DNA of 64,000 nucleotides, taken from the NCBI GenBank assembly GCA_902523675.1, contig CABZAL010000006.1:5323-69322 (forward strand), given 5' to 3'. Below are positions 41,916-50,728 of this stretch, piece by piece. Under the pieces are notes generated by a model, which made no database searches, was not told where the DNA came from, and worked only from the letters and a program-made list of their open reading frames with translations. Source of the DNA: an uncultured Alphaproteobacteria bacterium. Its GTDB lineage: Bacteria > Pseudomonadota > Alphaproteobacteria > Methylaequorales > Methylaequoraceae. The translations under genes were made by a program, and so were the position numbers. Numbering within the stretch: position 1 is the first letter of the stretch; every line of letters starts with the position of its first letter.

Positions 41916-44740
41916 TGGGCCTCAGCCCAATTCAAACCATTTCCAATTTCAGCTCTCAATGGAACCGAAAAATTTAGAACTGGCTTGTAACAGACCTCCA
42001 TTATAGAAGCTATTTTTCTAGGAACACTCTCAATTTCACTTTTGGGAATCTCAAATATTAATTCGTCATGAACCTGTAACAACATTTTTGTCTTTAAATT
42101 GTTTGAGGAGATGTATCTGTCAATTTGAATCATTGATCTTTTTATCATGTCAGCAGCACCACCCTGAATAGGTGCATTTATAGCAGATCGTTCACCAAAA
42201 TTTCTTCGTGCGGTATTTTTGTCATTAATAAATGGTATGAAAATTTTTCTGCCAAAAAGGGTCGAAACAAACCCATTATCTTTACAATACTTAATCGTTG
42301 AACTCATATAGTTTTCAATTCCGGGATATCTTCTGAAATATTTTTTGATATAATCTTTGGCTTCAGAATTTGAAATATTTAATTGGTTAGCTAGACCATA
42401 CGGCGAAATTCCATAAATAATGCCAAAATTAATTGTTTTTGCTCTTCTTCTAAGTTCTGCGGTTAATTCAGATTCATTAACCTGAAATACTTCCATTGCA
42501 GTCAAACTGTGTATATCGTTATTATTTTTAAAACCTTTAATTAGATTCTCAATTTTTGCAACATGAGCCAAAATTCTAAGCTCAATTTGAGAGTAATCGA
42601 TTGAAACTAATTTGTGATCTTTTTTTGAAATAAATGAACTTCTAATTTTTTTTCCCTCATCTGTTTTAATTGGTATGTTTTGTAAGTTTGGATCATTCGA
42701 TGATAATCTTCCAGTTGTAGTGCTAGCTAGACCGAAAGAAGTATGAACTCTCTCTGTCTCCTTATTAACTCTTATAATTAAACCTTCACAATATGTCGTT
42801 TTTAATTTATTAAATTGTCTCCAGTCAAGAATATTATTTGCAATAGCTACATTTTCGTTTTTTAGCTTTTCAAGTATAGCTACATCTGTTTGATAATTTC
42901 CACTCTTTCCCCTTTTTCCGAATGGAAGCTTCATTTTTTCAAATAAAACTTCACCTAATTGCTTAGGGGAGCCTACATTAAATTTTTCTCCAACTTTATC
43001 AAAAATAATTTTTTCAATTTTGGAAATTTTTTCTTCAAACTCACATGTTAATTGTTTTAATTTTTCAATGTTAATTTTAATTCCATTTAACTCCATGTTT
43101 AAGATTATTGATATAAGGGGTTTTTCCATGTAAAAATAGAATGAATATTGTTTGTTTTTAAGAAGTTTATTTCTAAATATTTTCCATAATCTAAAAGTAA
43201 TATCTGCATCCTCTGCAGCATATGTAGCCGCTGTGTTGATATCAACATAATCAAAAGTCTTTTTTCCCTTATCTTTCAATATAACTGAAGAAAACTTTAG
43301 TGTATCATGGTGAAGATATAACTTTGATAAATCATCGAGTTTATGCGAATGTTTTCCAGAATTAAGAACATACGACATTAACATTGTATCATCAAAATTT
43401 TGGGTCTTAATATCAAGGCCATTTAAAATTATTAGATCATACTTTATATTTTGACCGATTTTTAATATTGCATTATCTTCCATAATTGGTTTTATGATTT
43501 TAGTGAAAGTTTCCAGATTGAGTTGATTATCTAACAGTCCTTGATCATTTTTATGAGATAGAGGTATGTAACACGAATTACTTTCCTCTAAAGACATGGA
43601 AAAACCTACAATATCAGCTTCCTTTGCTGATAAACTTGTAGTTTCACAATCAATGGCAACCATTCCTACTTTATAAATTTCTTGTATCCATAAGTTTAGT
43701 TGCTCCTCATTGTTAATTAGTGAATATTTGTTTTGATCAATTTCATGATAGGTTTCAAACGGTTCACTTTTTTTAACATTTAAATCTATTTGATGCTTTT
43801 TTTCTTCTGATTTTGTATATTTCGGGGATTCAATAATTTTTTTCTGATCAGGATTCCCAAATTTTGATATAACTTGTGATTTAATTCTTGAAAATTCCAT
43901 ACTATCCAAGAAAGTAATCAACTTATTAACTTCCAAGGGTTTAAATCTTAATTTTTCAAGCGAAATTGGTAGTTCTACATCTTCCTTCAAAGTGACTAAT
44001 TTTTTCGATATTATTGCTAAGTCCTTATTGGATCTAATTTTTTCTCTTCGTTTTACCTGAGGTATTGAAGAGCATTTTTCTAGTAAATTTTCTAAATTAT
44101 CAAATTCATTAATTAGCAATGACGCAGTCTTTACACCTATTCCTGGTATGCCTGGGATGTTATCAGACTGGTCACCAGCCAGTGCTTGAACATCTATTAC
44201 TTTTTTGGGTTCTACTCCAAATTTTTTTATTACATCCTTTGGGCCAATATCTTTCCTCTTTATTGGATCAAAAAGTGTAACTTTATATTTTAACAACTGC
44301 ATCAAATCTTTATCTGAAGAAACTATTGTAACTTTTATTTTCTCATCTATAGCCTTCTTTGAATATGAAGCAATCAAGTCATCAGCTTCAAAACCCAATG
44401 ATTGTATAGAGGGAATATTAAACAATTCAGGTACTGTTTTGATTATGTCAAACTGTGGTACTAAATCCTCAGGAGGATCTGATCGATTAGCCTTATAATC
44501 TTTGTAAATATCATTTCTAAATGTCTTTCTAGCAGCGTCAAAAATAACTGCAACACAAATTCCTCCACCTTTTTCTTTTTGAATATCCTCTAATAATTTT
44601 AAAAGCATATTACAGAATCCAAAAATGGCATTTACAGGTAATCCATCAGATCTTGTCATCATTGGGAGGGCATAATACGCTCTAAAAATATAACCTGACC
44701 CGTCAACTAGAACTATTTCATCAATATCCTTCTTATTCAT
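41912..44740 (-). CDS. polA: DNA polymerase I
   Basis: LVDGSGYIFRAY, DCETTS exo motif, RLSSNDPNLQNIP, DYSQIELR, QVHDEL. Confidence 0.98.
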   Translation of the reverse strand: MNKKDIDEIVLVDGSGYIFRAYYALPMMTRSDGLPVNAIFGFCNMLLKLLEDIQKEKGGGICVAVIFDAARKTFRNDIYKDYKANRSDPPEDLVPQFDIIKTVPELFNIPSIQSLGFEADDLIASYSKKAIDEKIKVTIVSSDKDLMQLLKYKVTLFDPIKRKDIGPKDVIKKFGVEPKKVIDVQALAGDQSDNIPGIPGIGVKTASLLINEFDNLENLLEKCSSIPQVKRREKIRSNKDLAIISKKLVTLKEDVELPISLEKLRFKPLEVNKLITFLDSMEFSRIKSQVISKFGNPDQKKIIESPKYTKSEEKKHQIDLNVKKSEPFETYHEIDQNKYSLINNEEQLNLWIQEIYKVGMVAIDCETTSLSAKEADIVGFSMSLEESNSCYIPLSHKNDQGLLDNQLNLETFTKIIKPIMEDNAILKIGQNIKYDLIILNGLDIKTQNFDDTMLMSYVLNSGKHSHKLDDLSKLYLHHDTLKFSSVILKDKGKKTFDYVDINTAATYAAEDADITFRLWKIFRNKLLKNKQYSFYFYMEKPLISIILNMELNGIKINIEKLKQLTCEFEEKISKIEKIIFDKVGEKFNVGSPKQLGEVLFEKMKLPFGKRGKSGNYQTDVAILEKLKNENVAIANNILDWRQFNKLKTTYCEGLIIRVNKETERVHTSFGLASTTTGRLSSNDPNLQNIPIKTDEGKKIRSSFISKKDHKLVSIDYSQIELRILAHVAKIENLIKGFKNNNDIHSLTAMEVFQVNESELTAELRRRAKTINFGIIYGISPYGLANQLNISNSEAKDYIKKYFRRYPGIENYMSSTIKYCKDNGFVSTLFGRKIFIPFINDKNTARRNFGERSAINAPIQGGAADMIKRSMIQIDRYISSNNLKTKMLLQVHDELIFEIPKSEIESVPRKIASIMEVCYKPVLNFSVPLRAEIGNGLNWAEAH

Positions 44741-44880
44741 TTTCTTTTGAATTTCATACTACAATATGGACAAGTTGTAACCTTTGTATTCGATACCTCA
44801 AGATAGATTCGTGGGTGACCGTCGGATTTGTCTTTTCCATCACAAAATATTTTATTTTCTTTAACTAATTTTAAATCCAT
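44737..44880 (-). CDS. zf-CHCC zinc-finger protein (47 aa, NDUFS6-like)
   Basis: Manual translation MDLKLVKENKIFCDGKDKSDGHPRIYLEVSNTKVTTCPYCSMKFKRK*; CDG/GHPRIYL/CPYC motif; ATGA overlap with polA. Confidence 0.92.
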   Translation of the reverse strand: MDLKLVKENKIFCDGKDKSDGHPRIYLEVSNTKVTTCPYCSMKFKRK

Positions 44881-44957
44881 TTGAAAAAATGCTTTCTTAT
44901 ATTTAAATTTATATCAATATATTTATCTTAACATAAACTTTTTTTATCTCTAATCTA

Positions 44958-45881
44958 ATGTCAAGGCCTAAAAATTTTGTAATTGAAGTTGAAAATTTAT
45001 TTAAAAAATATAATGGTGAAATTATTGCTTTAAATAATATTAACCTAAAAATTCCTCAAGGTTCTATTTTTGGACTTTTAGGTCCAAACGGAGCAGGAAA
45101 GAGTACTTTTATAAATATTTTAGCAGGACTTGTAAATAAAACATCTGGGAAAGTAAAAATTTGTGATGTAGACATAGATGTCAATCCTAAAACCGCTAGA
45201 GGATCAATAGGGGTAGTTCCTCAAGAAATCAATATAGATCCATTTTTTACACCGATTCAAATTTTAAATTTACAGGCAGGCTTTTATGGTCTGAAAAAAA
45301 AGGATATGAATAATAATCTGATACTAAAAGAAATCAATCTGTCTGATAAGGCTAATGCATATTCTAGGAGTTTGTCAGGTGGTATGAAAAGAAGATTAAT
45401 GGTAGCTAAAGCAATGGTACATTCACCACCTGTTTTAGTTTTAGACGAGCCTACTGCTGGGGTAGATATTGAATTAAGAAAAAAATTATGGGCTTATATT
45501 AAAAAATTAAATACGTCCGGAACAACTATAATTCTTACTACACATTATTTAGAAGAGGCTGAAAATTTGTGCGATAATATTGCAATTATAAATCGAGGGA
45601 GTCTTGCAGCATGTGATACAACTAATAAGTTATTGGCTACAATTCAAAGTAAAGAAATCAATGTTGAAGTGGAAAAAATTTTTAATAAGGTTCCTTCTAA
45701 CTTGAAGGATTACTTAATTACTTCAAATGAAAACACTTTTACACTAAAATACAAAAAAAATGAAATTAGCACTGGACAAATGATTGATTTAATAAAGCAA
45801 AATGGATTAAAAATAATTGAAATCTCTACTCGAGAAACAGATTTAGAAGAAATTTTTTTAAAACTTCTAAATAAACAATGA
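44958..45881 (+). CDS. ABC-2 type transporter ATP-binding protein (YadG-like)
   Basis: GPNGAGKST, LSGGMKRR, LDEPTAGVD, TTHYLEEAE. Confidence 0.93.
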   Translation: MSRPKNFVIEVENLFKKYNGEIIALNNINLKIPQGSIFGLLGPNGAGKSTFINILAGLVNKTSGKVKICDVDIDVNPKTARGSIGVVPQEINIDPFFTPIQILNLQAGFYGLKKKDMNNNLILKEINLSDKANAYSRSLSGGMKRRLMVAKAMVHSPPVLVLDEPTAGVDIELRKKLWAYIKKLNTSGTTIILTTHYLEEAENLCDNIAIINRGSLAACDTTNKLLATIQSKEINVEVEKIFNKVPSNLKDYLITSNENTFTLKYKKNEISTGQMIDLIKQNGLKIIEISTRETDLEEIFLKLLNKQ

Positions 45882-45925
45882 TTTTTGATAATTGATAAAT
45901 AATTTTTTAATGGTATTTTTAATTT

Positions 45926-46210
45926 ATGTTAAATCTTATGTGTTTTTTAGTAATTACAGCCTTTTCAAAAATAAGTGTTTCAGATGAAATAATTAGAGAC
46001 AGAAGTGGAAATTATTATTTAATGAAGGATGATGGTTCATTTAAAAGATTACCACCACCAAAACCAGGAAAAAAATATATAATTAAAAAAAATACTAAAC
46101 ATTATGAAAATGAAACTAAGAATCCTAGAAGAAGTAAACCTAAGTCAAGATTTGATACTCGGTCTGCAAGAAAGCATTTGCCTGGGAAAAATACACCCGG
46201 AATCCAATAA
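45926..46210 (+). CDS. Hypothetical basic protein, possible signal peptide
   Basis: 94-aa ORF with a short hydrophobic N-terminus, LPPPKPG and a K/R-rich tail; no family recognised. Confidence 0.6.
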   Translation: MLNLMCFLVITAFSKISVSDEIIRDRSGNYYLMKDDGSFKRLPPPKPGKKYIIKKNTKHYENETKNPRRSKPKSRFDTRSARKHLPGKNTPGIQ

Positions 46211-46285
46211 CTTTAAAAATACAGTAAAAAAAAATTTTAAGCCATATATATTGCAATTTTTATTGTTTTATTATAGATTTTTAAA

Positions 46286-47020
46286 ATGGAAAAGTTAGAA
46301 TTCTCAAAAAAAGAATTAAATAGATTTTTGCTACTCGGAGAAAATAATTCTTATATAACTGATCAGAATTATCCACTTATCAGAGCTTTTAAGAGAAAAA
46401 ATCTTCTTGCTATTTTTTGCACGTTAAGAATAAAAAGAGAAACAACTACAATTAAACTAGGAACTTATCCTAATAATTCCATGGAAGAGATATACATAAA
46501 GTTTGCAGTAGCACAAAAAATAGCCAAAGCTGGTAATAACCCAAATCATGTTTTTGTTTCCAATAAGATTGAAGAAAATATATCTAATGATAAAACACTA
46601 CTAAGTATCACTAACATTTTTCTTAAAGAAAAGAATCTGAATACAAAATACGCAAAAGATTTTGTAAATACCCTTAAAAAGAATTTACATGAAATATTTG
46701 AGAGTCCATTGAAAGAATTTAATAAAACTTATTTATCGCAAAAGATAGATGATTTATTACTGAGAGAAAAAAGAGGAACAGCTAAAAATCTATTAAATTA
46801 TTTGTCTACGTTGCTTAATTTTTCTCTAAAAACAAGATATTTTGGAGATATTGACGAAATATTAAAAATTCTAAACCATTGTAGTACTTTAAAGGATAAA
46901 TATAAAAAAAAATTCGGGAATGAAAAAAATTTAGAAAAATATGAAATTATAAAAATGATAAATAAACTTAATAATAAGCAATTGCTAAAACTAAAAAAAA
47001 TGTTGAAGGAATTTAATTGA
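46286..47020 (+). CDS. Integrase-derived protein: arm-DNA-binding plus core-binding domains, no catalytic domain
   Basis: IKLGTYPNNSMEE..AQKIAKAGNNP resembles the P4-type arm-binding LGxYPxxSLxEAR..GIDP; PLKEF..GTAKNLLNYLSTLLNFS resembles the core-binding domain; no HxxR/Y motifs. Confidence 0.7.
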   Translation: MEKLEFSKKELNRFLLLGENNSYITDQNYPLIRAFKRKNLLAIFCTLRIKRETTTIKLGTYPNNSMEEIYIKFAVAQKIAKAGNNPNHVFVSNKIEENISNDKTLLSITNIFLKEKNLNTKYAKDFVNTLKKNLHEIFESPLKEFNKTYLSQKIDDLLLREKRGTAKNLLNYLSTLLNFSLKTRYFGDIDEILKILNHCSTLKDKYKKKFGNEKNLEKYEIIKMINKLNNKQLLKLKKMLKEFN

Positions 47021-47235
47021 ATTCAAAAAAAAGAAAAATTATTTGGAGTTTTATACAAATTAAGGGAAAACAACTTTTGAATAAATTGCCGCATGATATC
47101 AGACATCCTAAAGGAAGAAATCCATATGCTCACATTTGCTCAGAAATTAAAAAAAAATTTAAGTGTTCTTATAGAGATGTTGAAGATAAAAATTTTGAAA
47201 ACCTTATTAGATACATAAACGATATACAAGAATAA
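47017..47235 (+). CDS. Small hypothetical protein (HPKGRNPYAH motif, ORF6C-like C-terminus)
   Basis: TTG start overlaps the upstream stop (TTGA); IKKKFKCSYRDV..FENLIRYI recalls ORF6C-type domains. Confidence 0.65.
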   Translation: MNSKKRKIIWSFIQIKGKQLLNKLPHDIRHPKGRNPYAHICSEIKKKFKCSYRDVEDKNFENLIRYINDIQE

Positions 47236-47314
47236 AAGGAAACCTAAATTAAAACAAAGGGAGGAATTAAATTTAAGGTTTCCTAATATTCATTTCTGAT
47301 TTTTCAGAAAGGGT
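47233..47314 (-). ncRNA. Candidate SuhB/alpha-r8 (MmgR-like) small RNA; ends approximate
   Basis: Minus strand: 7-bp hairpin (47293-47310), then a 14-bp stem (47237-47284) exposing AUUCCUCCCUUU, followed by a U-rich tail. Confidence 0.55.
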
Positions 47315-47359
47315 CTTATAATAAGTAGCAAAATTCATACCAAAAAGATAATTGATAAA

Positions 47360-47503
47360 ATGAGGGAATTTTTCCAGAATCTAAATAATTATAACTTAAC
47401 TTGTGCGGCTCTGCTTTTTCCAGCAATTCCTTTAATGATGATATCCTTTAGGAATGGATATAGCATATTAAGTTTATTAATTAGAAGATCTAAAAAAATC
47501 TAA
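47360..47503 (+). pseudogene. Truncated DUF2721-like gene fragment
   Basis: MREFFQNLNNYNLTCAALLFPAIPLMMISFRNGYSILSLLIRRSKKI*; ALLFPAIxLxM..LIR resembles the DUF2721 N-terminus but stops at 47 aa. Confidence 0.55.
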
Positions 47504-47513
47504 ATATTAGAAA

Positions 47514-48827
47514 ATGATTCAAAAGTTAATTATAGATAATTTTAATAAACATCCAAAAGGTCTGATCTTTTTATTTTTCGCTGAATTGTGGGAGAGATTT
47601 AGTTACTACGGAATGAGATCTATTTTAGTTTTATATCTTATTTCAGATTCTAATTCACCTGTTCCAGGTATGGGATGGACAAAAGTTGAGGCTATTAGTC
47701 TCTATGGTTGGTACACTGCACTAGTATATTTTGCATGTATACCAGGAGGAATTATTGCTGACAAAATGTTTGGTTCAAAGAAATGTGTAATAATTGGGGG
47801 TGGGCTTTTGTGTATTGGTCATCTTTTGTTATCGATTTCTAATAACTTTTTTTTCTTCACAGGCCTTGGATTTATAATTATTGGAGTAGGACTACTTAAA
47901 CCTAATATATCTGCTCTTGTAGGAGCTTTATACCAAAAAGAAAGCAACATAAGGGAACAAGGATTCACAATTTTTTACGTAGGAATAAATATTGGAGCCT
48001 TTTTAGCAAGTATAATGGTTGGCTTAGTTGGAGAAATTTATGGTTGGCATTATGGTTTCTCATTAGCAGGAATTGGCATGATAATAGGTCAAATTGTATT
48101 TGTAAGCGGGAGAAATTATTTACCAGAAACAAAGATAAAAAGAAAATTAATAACTCCAAAGAAAAAACTCTCAAGTATTGAAATTGATAGAATAAAAGTT
48201 TTACTGATTTCATTTCTAATTATTCTTTTTTTCTGGGCTTCATTTGAACAAGCAGGAGGACTAATGAATATTTATATTTTTGAGAAAACTAATAGAACTA
48301 TATCTTGGCTTGGATCTTGGCAAATACCTGCTGGATGGTTTCAATCAATTAATCCACTTTTAATTATTATTCTAGGCATACCAATTTCAACAGTCTGGTT
48401 AAGATTAAATCAAAAAAGAAAGAAATTTAGTTCATTGTTTAAAATGACGACTGGCATTATGATTATGGGCTTAGGTTTTATTTTTATGTTTTTTGCTAGT
48501 TTAGAATTCGAAAAAGGTGGAAGCTCAGCAATGTATTGGATTTTTCTTGCGTTTCTATTTCATACAGTTGGTGAACTATGTGCCTCTCCAGTAGTCTTGT
48601 CGTTTATAACAAAACTTTCTCCTGAAAAATACATATCTTCAATAATGGGAATATATTTTGCAACTATGGGATTAGGAAATAAGCTTGCTGGTACGATTGG
48701 ACAATTTTCTCAGAGCTTTGGTGAATCAAAAACATTTCTAGGAATCACAATTTTTTGTTTAACATTTGGAATGATTGTTATGTTATTCTTAAAAAGATTA
48801 GAGAAGTTAAGCCATAATGCAGATTAA
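47514..48827 (+). CDS. Proton-dependent oligopeptide transporter (POT/PTR, MFS)
   Basis: ELWERFSYYGMR (ExxERFxYY), GLLKPNIS, FYVGINIG, FEQAGG, GELCASP. Confidence 0.96.
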   Translation: MIQKLIIDNFNKHPKGLIFLFFAELWERFSYYGMRSILVLYLISDSNSPVPGMGWTKVEAISLYGWYTALVYFACIPGGIIADKMFGSKKCVIIGGGLLCIGHLLLSISNNFFFFTGLGFIIIGVGLLKPNISALVGALYQKESNIREQGFTIFYVGINIGAFLASIMVGLVGEIYGWHYGFSLAGIGMIIGQIVFVSGRNYLPETKIKRKLITPKKKLSSIEIDRIKVLLISFLIILFFWASFEQAGGLMNIYIFEKTNRTISWLGSWQIPAGWFQSINPLLIIILGIPISTVWLRLNQKRKKFSSLFKMTTGIMIMGLGFIFMFFASLEFEKGGSSAMYWIFLAFLFHTVGELCASPVVLSFITKLSPEKYISSIMGIYFATMGLGNKLAGTIGQFSQSFGESKTFLGITIFCLTFGMIVMLFLKRLEKLSHNAD

Positions 48828-48835
48828 AAGTTTTT

Positions 48836-48912
48836 GCGCCCGTAGCTCAATTGGATAGAGCATTTGATTTCGGCTCAAAAGGTTAAGGGTTCGAGTCCTT
48901 TCGGGCGCGCCA
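48836..48912 (+). tRNA. tRNA-Arg(UCG)
   Basis: GCGCCCG acceptor stem, A20 in the D-loop, anticodon arm TTTGA-TTTCGGC-TCAAA (TCG at 48870-48872), GGTTCGAGTCC, ends GCCA; 77 nt. Confidence 0.93.
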
Positions 48913-48916
48913 AAAA

Positions 48917-49657
48917 CTATATCGATAAGAGCGCACCATTTTTCTTTAGCCACAAAATATCATTTTTATAGTCCTTCTTAATTTTGTAAATTTCTTTCCA
49001 AAAATTTGAAGAGTGATTGGGTTCAACTAAATGGCAAAGCTCGTGAATAATCACATAATCTATAACAGATACTGGTGCCATTATTAATTTCCAATTAAGA
49101 CAAATATTTTTTTTTTCATAATAACACAACCCCCATTTTGATTTATATTCCTTGATAAAAGCATTATTAAAAGCAATTTTTACTTTTGAAGAAATTTTTT
49201 TGGTTCTTGCTAACAAAAAATTATAAGCAGAAAGTTTGAACCAGTTTATTAAATTTTTTCTAATTTTATTATCAGATAAGCTATTATCTTTATAAATAAT
49301 ATTTGTCTTGCTAAGACTAATACTAAAACTATTTGCTGACTCGAGTTTTAATTTTTTTTTAGTTCCTAAATAAAAATAAATTTTTTTTCTTCTTCTCTTA
49401 TCTAATAAATACCTATTTTTTAATTGAATTTTTAACTTTTTATCAATCCAAGTTTTTTTTTTATCTAGAAAACTTTGTAATTTTAAATCTGATATTCTAT
49501 AAGGACACCTTATTGTCAGTTTTGCGTCCTCAACTTTAATCTCTATCGAATGTCTAAAACTTTCGAATACCTCAATTATTTGATTTTTAAAACAAATAGT
49601 TCTCTCAAGATCTTCATTTTTTGGATAATAATTCTTAAGTTTCTTTATGAAGTTCAT
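48917..49657 (-). CDS. YgjP/DUF45 family zinc-dependent hydrolase
   Basis: KSKWGLC, LNWKL, DYVIIHELCHL.EPNHS..FW. Confidence 0.92.
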   Translation of the reverse strand: MNFIKKLKNYYPKNEDLERTICFKNQIIEVFESFRHSIEIKVEDAKLTIRCPYRISDLKLQSFLDKKKTWIDKKLKIQLKNRYLLDKRRRKKIYFYLGTKKKLKLESANSFSISLSKTNIIYKDNSLSDNKIRKNLINWFKLSAYNFLLARTKKISSKVKIAFNNAFIKEYKSKWGLCYYEKKNICLNWKLIMAPVSVIDYVIIHELCHLVEPNHSSNFWKEIYKIKKDYKNDILWLKKNGALLSI

Positions 49658-50238
49658 TAATGACCTATGAATTCTATTGTAAATTTAGAATAGTTTTTTT
49701 TTATAAGTGTTAAGGATCCATAACCAATTTTTTTCCAATTTTCCTCTACAAACTTATCAAATGATATTTTACTAAGACTTGATAATATACAATTTATGGA
49801 ACCAGCATGTGCAACAATAAAAATATCATTTTTGCAGTTCAAAATAATTTCTCTGCAAAAAGATTCACATCTTTTAAAAAACTCCGAGTTAGATTCTCCA
49901 TTAGGAATTTTATAGTTGATGAGATTATCTTGCCATTTTTTTATCTCTTTTCTTGAAATTTTGCTAAAAGGCTTCAATTCCCAGTCTCCAAAATATAATT
50001 CCTTTAATCTTTCATCAATTTTATAGTTTTCGCAAACTTGGGTAGCTAATTTAGTGCACCTTTTCAATGGACTAGAAAAAGATACGATATTTTTGAAGTC
50101 AATATTTTCTTGTTTTAATTTAATTTTAATATCATTTACTTCGTTCATAAAATTACTTGAAACATCAACGTCCGATTGTCCATAAAATGTATCCGCAGGA
50201 ACATTTAATGAGGTATGTCGTAATAAGTAAATTTTCAT
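49657..50238 (-). CDS. Histidine phosphatase, alpha-ribazole phosphatase (CobC)-like
   Basis: YLLRHT..YGQSD, SSPLKRC, E.YFGDWE, PNGES, VAHAG. Confidence 0.8.
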   Translation of the reverse strand: MKIYLLRHTSLNVPADTFYGQSDVDVSSNFMNEVNDIKIKLKQENIDFKNIVSFSSPLKRCTKLATQVCENYKIDERLKELYFGDWELKPFSKISRKEIKKWQDNLINYKIPNGESNSEFFKRCESFCREIILNCKNDIFIVAHAGSINCILSSLSKISFDKFVEENWKKIGYGSLTLIKKNYSKFTIEFIGH

Positions 50239-50280
50239 ATATATAACAGAAATTAAAAGAAATTTAATAAAAAATTTATA

Positions 50281-50682
50281 CTATCTATCTAGGTCTTTAA
50301 AATCACCTTCAATTATTTTAGAATTTTTAGATCGATTTCTCGAACTCGAAAAGTTAAAATTGTTACTAAAGTTTTTAATTTCATTGGGAAAAAATGAATA
50401 TACAATTTTTCTCAATGGTTTTACTAAAACAATCAAACCAAAAATATCTGTTATGAAACCTGGTATCAATAATAAAATACCCGCTAACCTCCCGAATATC
50501 CAATCAATTGGCGATTTAATGTCTTTTTCAACATCAAACTTAAAGGAAACTATTAACCAAAAACCTAATAAACCAGTTAAAATCACTAGTAAAAGCGCAT
50601 TCAAAAAACCCAATAAATCTCCAAATAAGATAAAAAACATTATTTCGAGAAAAGGTAGAGCAAATAAAAATTTAATACCCAT
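50281..50682 (-). CDS. fxsA: FxsA family membrane protein
   Basis: LPFLEI, AGILLLIPGFITD..G, IIEGDF tail. Confidence 0.88.
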   Translation of the reverse strand: MGIKFLFALPFLEIMFFILFGDLLGFLNALLLVILTGLLGFWLIVSFKFDVEKDIKSPIDWIFGRLAGILLLIPGFITDIFGLIVLVKPLRKIVYSFFPNEIKNFSNNFNFSSSRNRSKNSKIIEGDFKDLDR

Positions 50683-50728
50683 ATTTCAAATTAGCACTAA
50701 TTACAATTTTATTAAATAATTAAAATCT

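Noticed and set aside
44958-45881. ABC ATPase without an adjacent permease
   Set aside because: This YadG-like gene commonly sits alone beside zf-CHCC/polA in alphaproteobacteria
46104-46298. 64-aa ORF bridging the 94-aa gene and the integrase-derived gene
   Set aside because: Overlaps both neighbours out of frame and has no motif
45881-48912. Prophage or genomic island bounded by att repeats at tRNA-Arg
   Set aside because: No duplicate of the tRNA end was seen, the integrase is non-catalytic, there are no phage genes, and the patch lies on the tRNA 5' side
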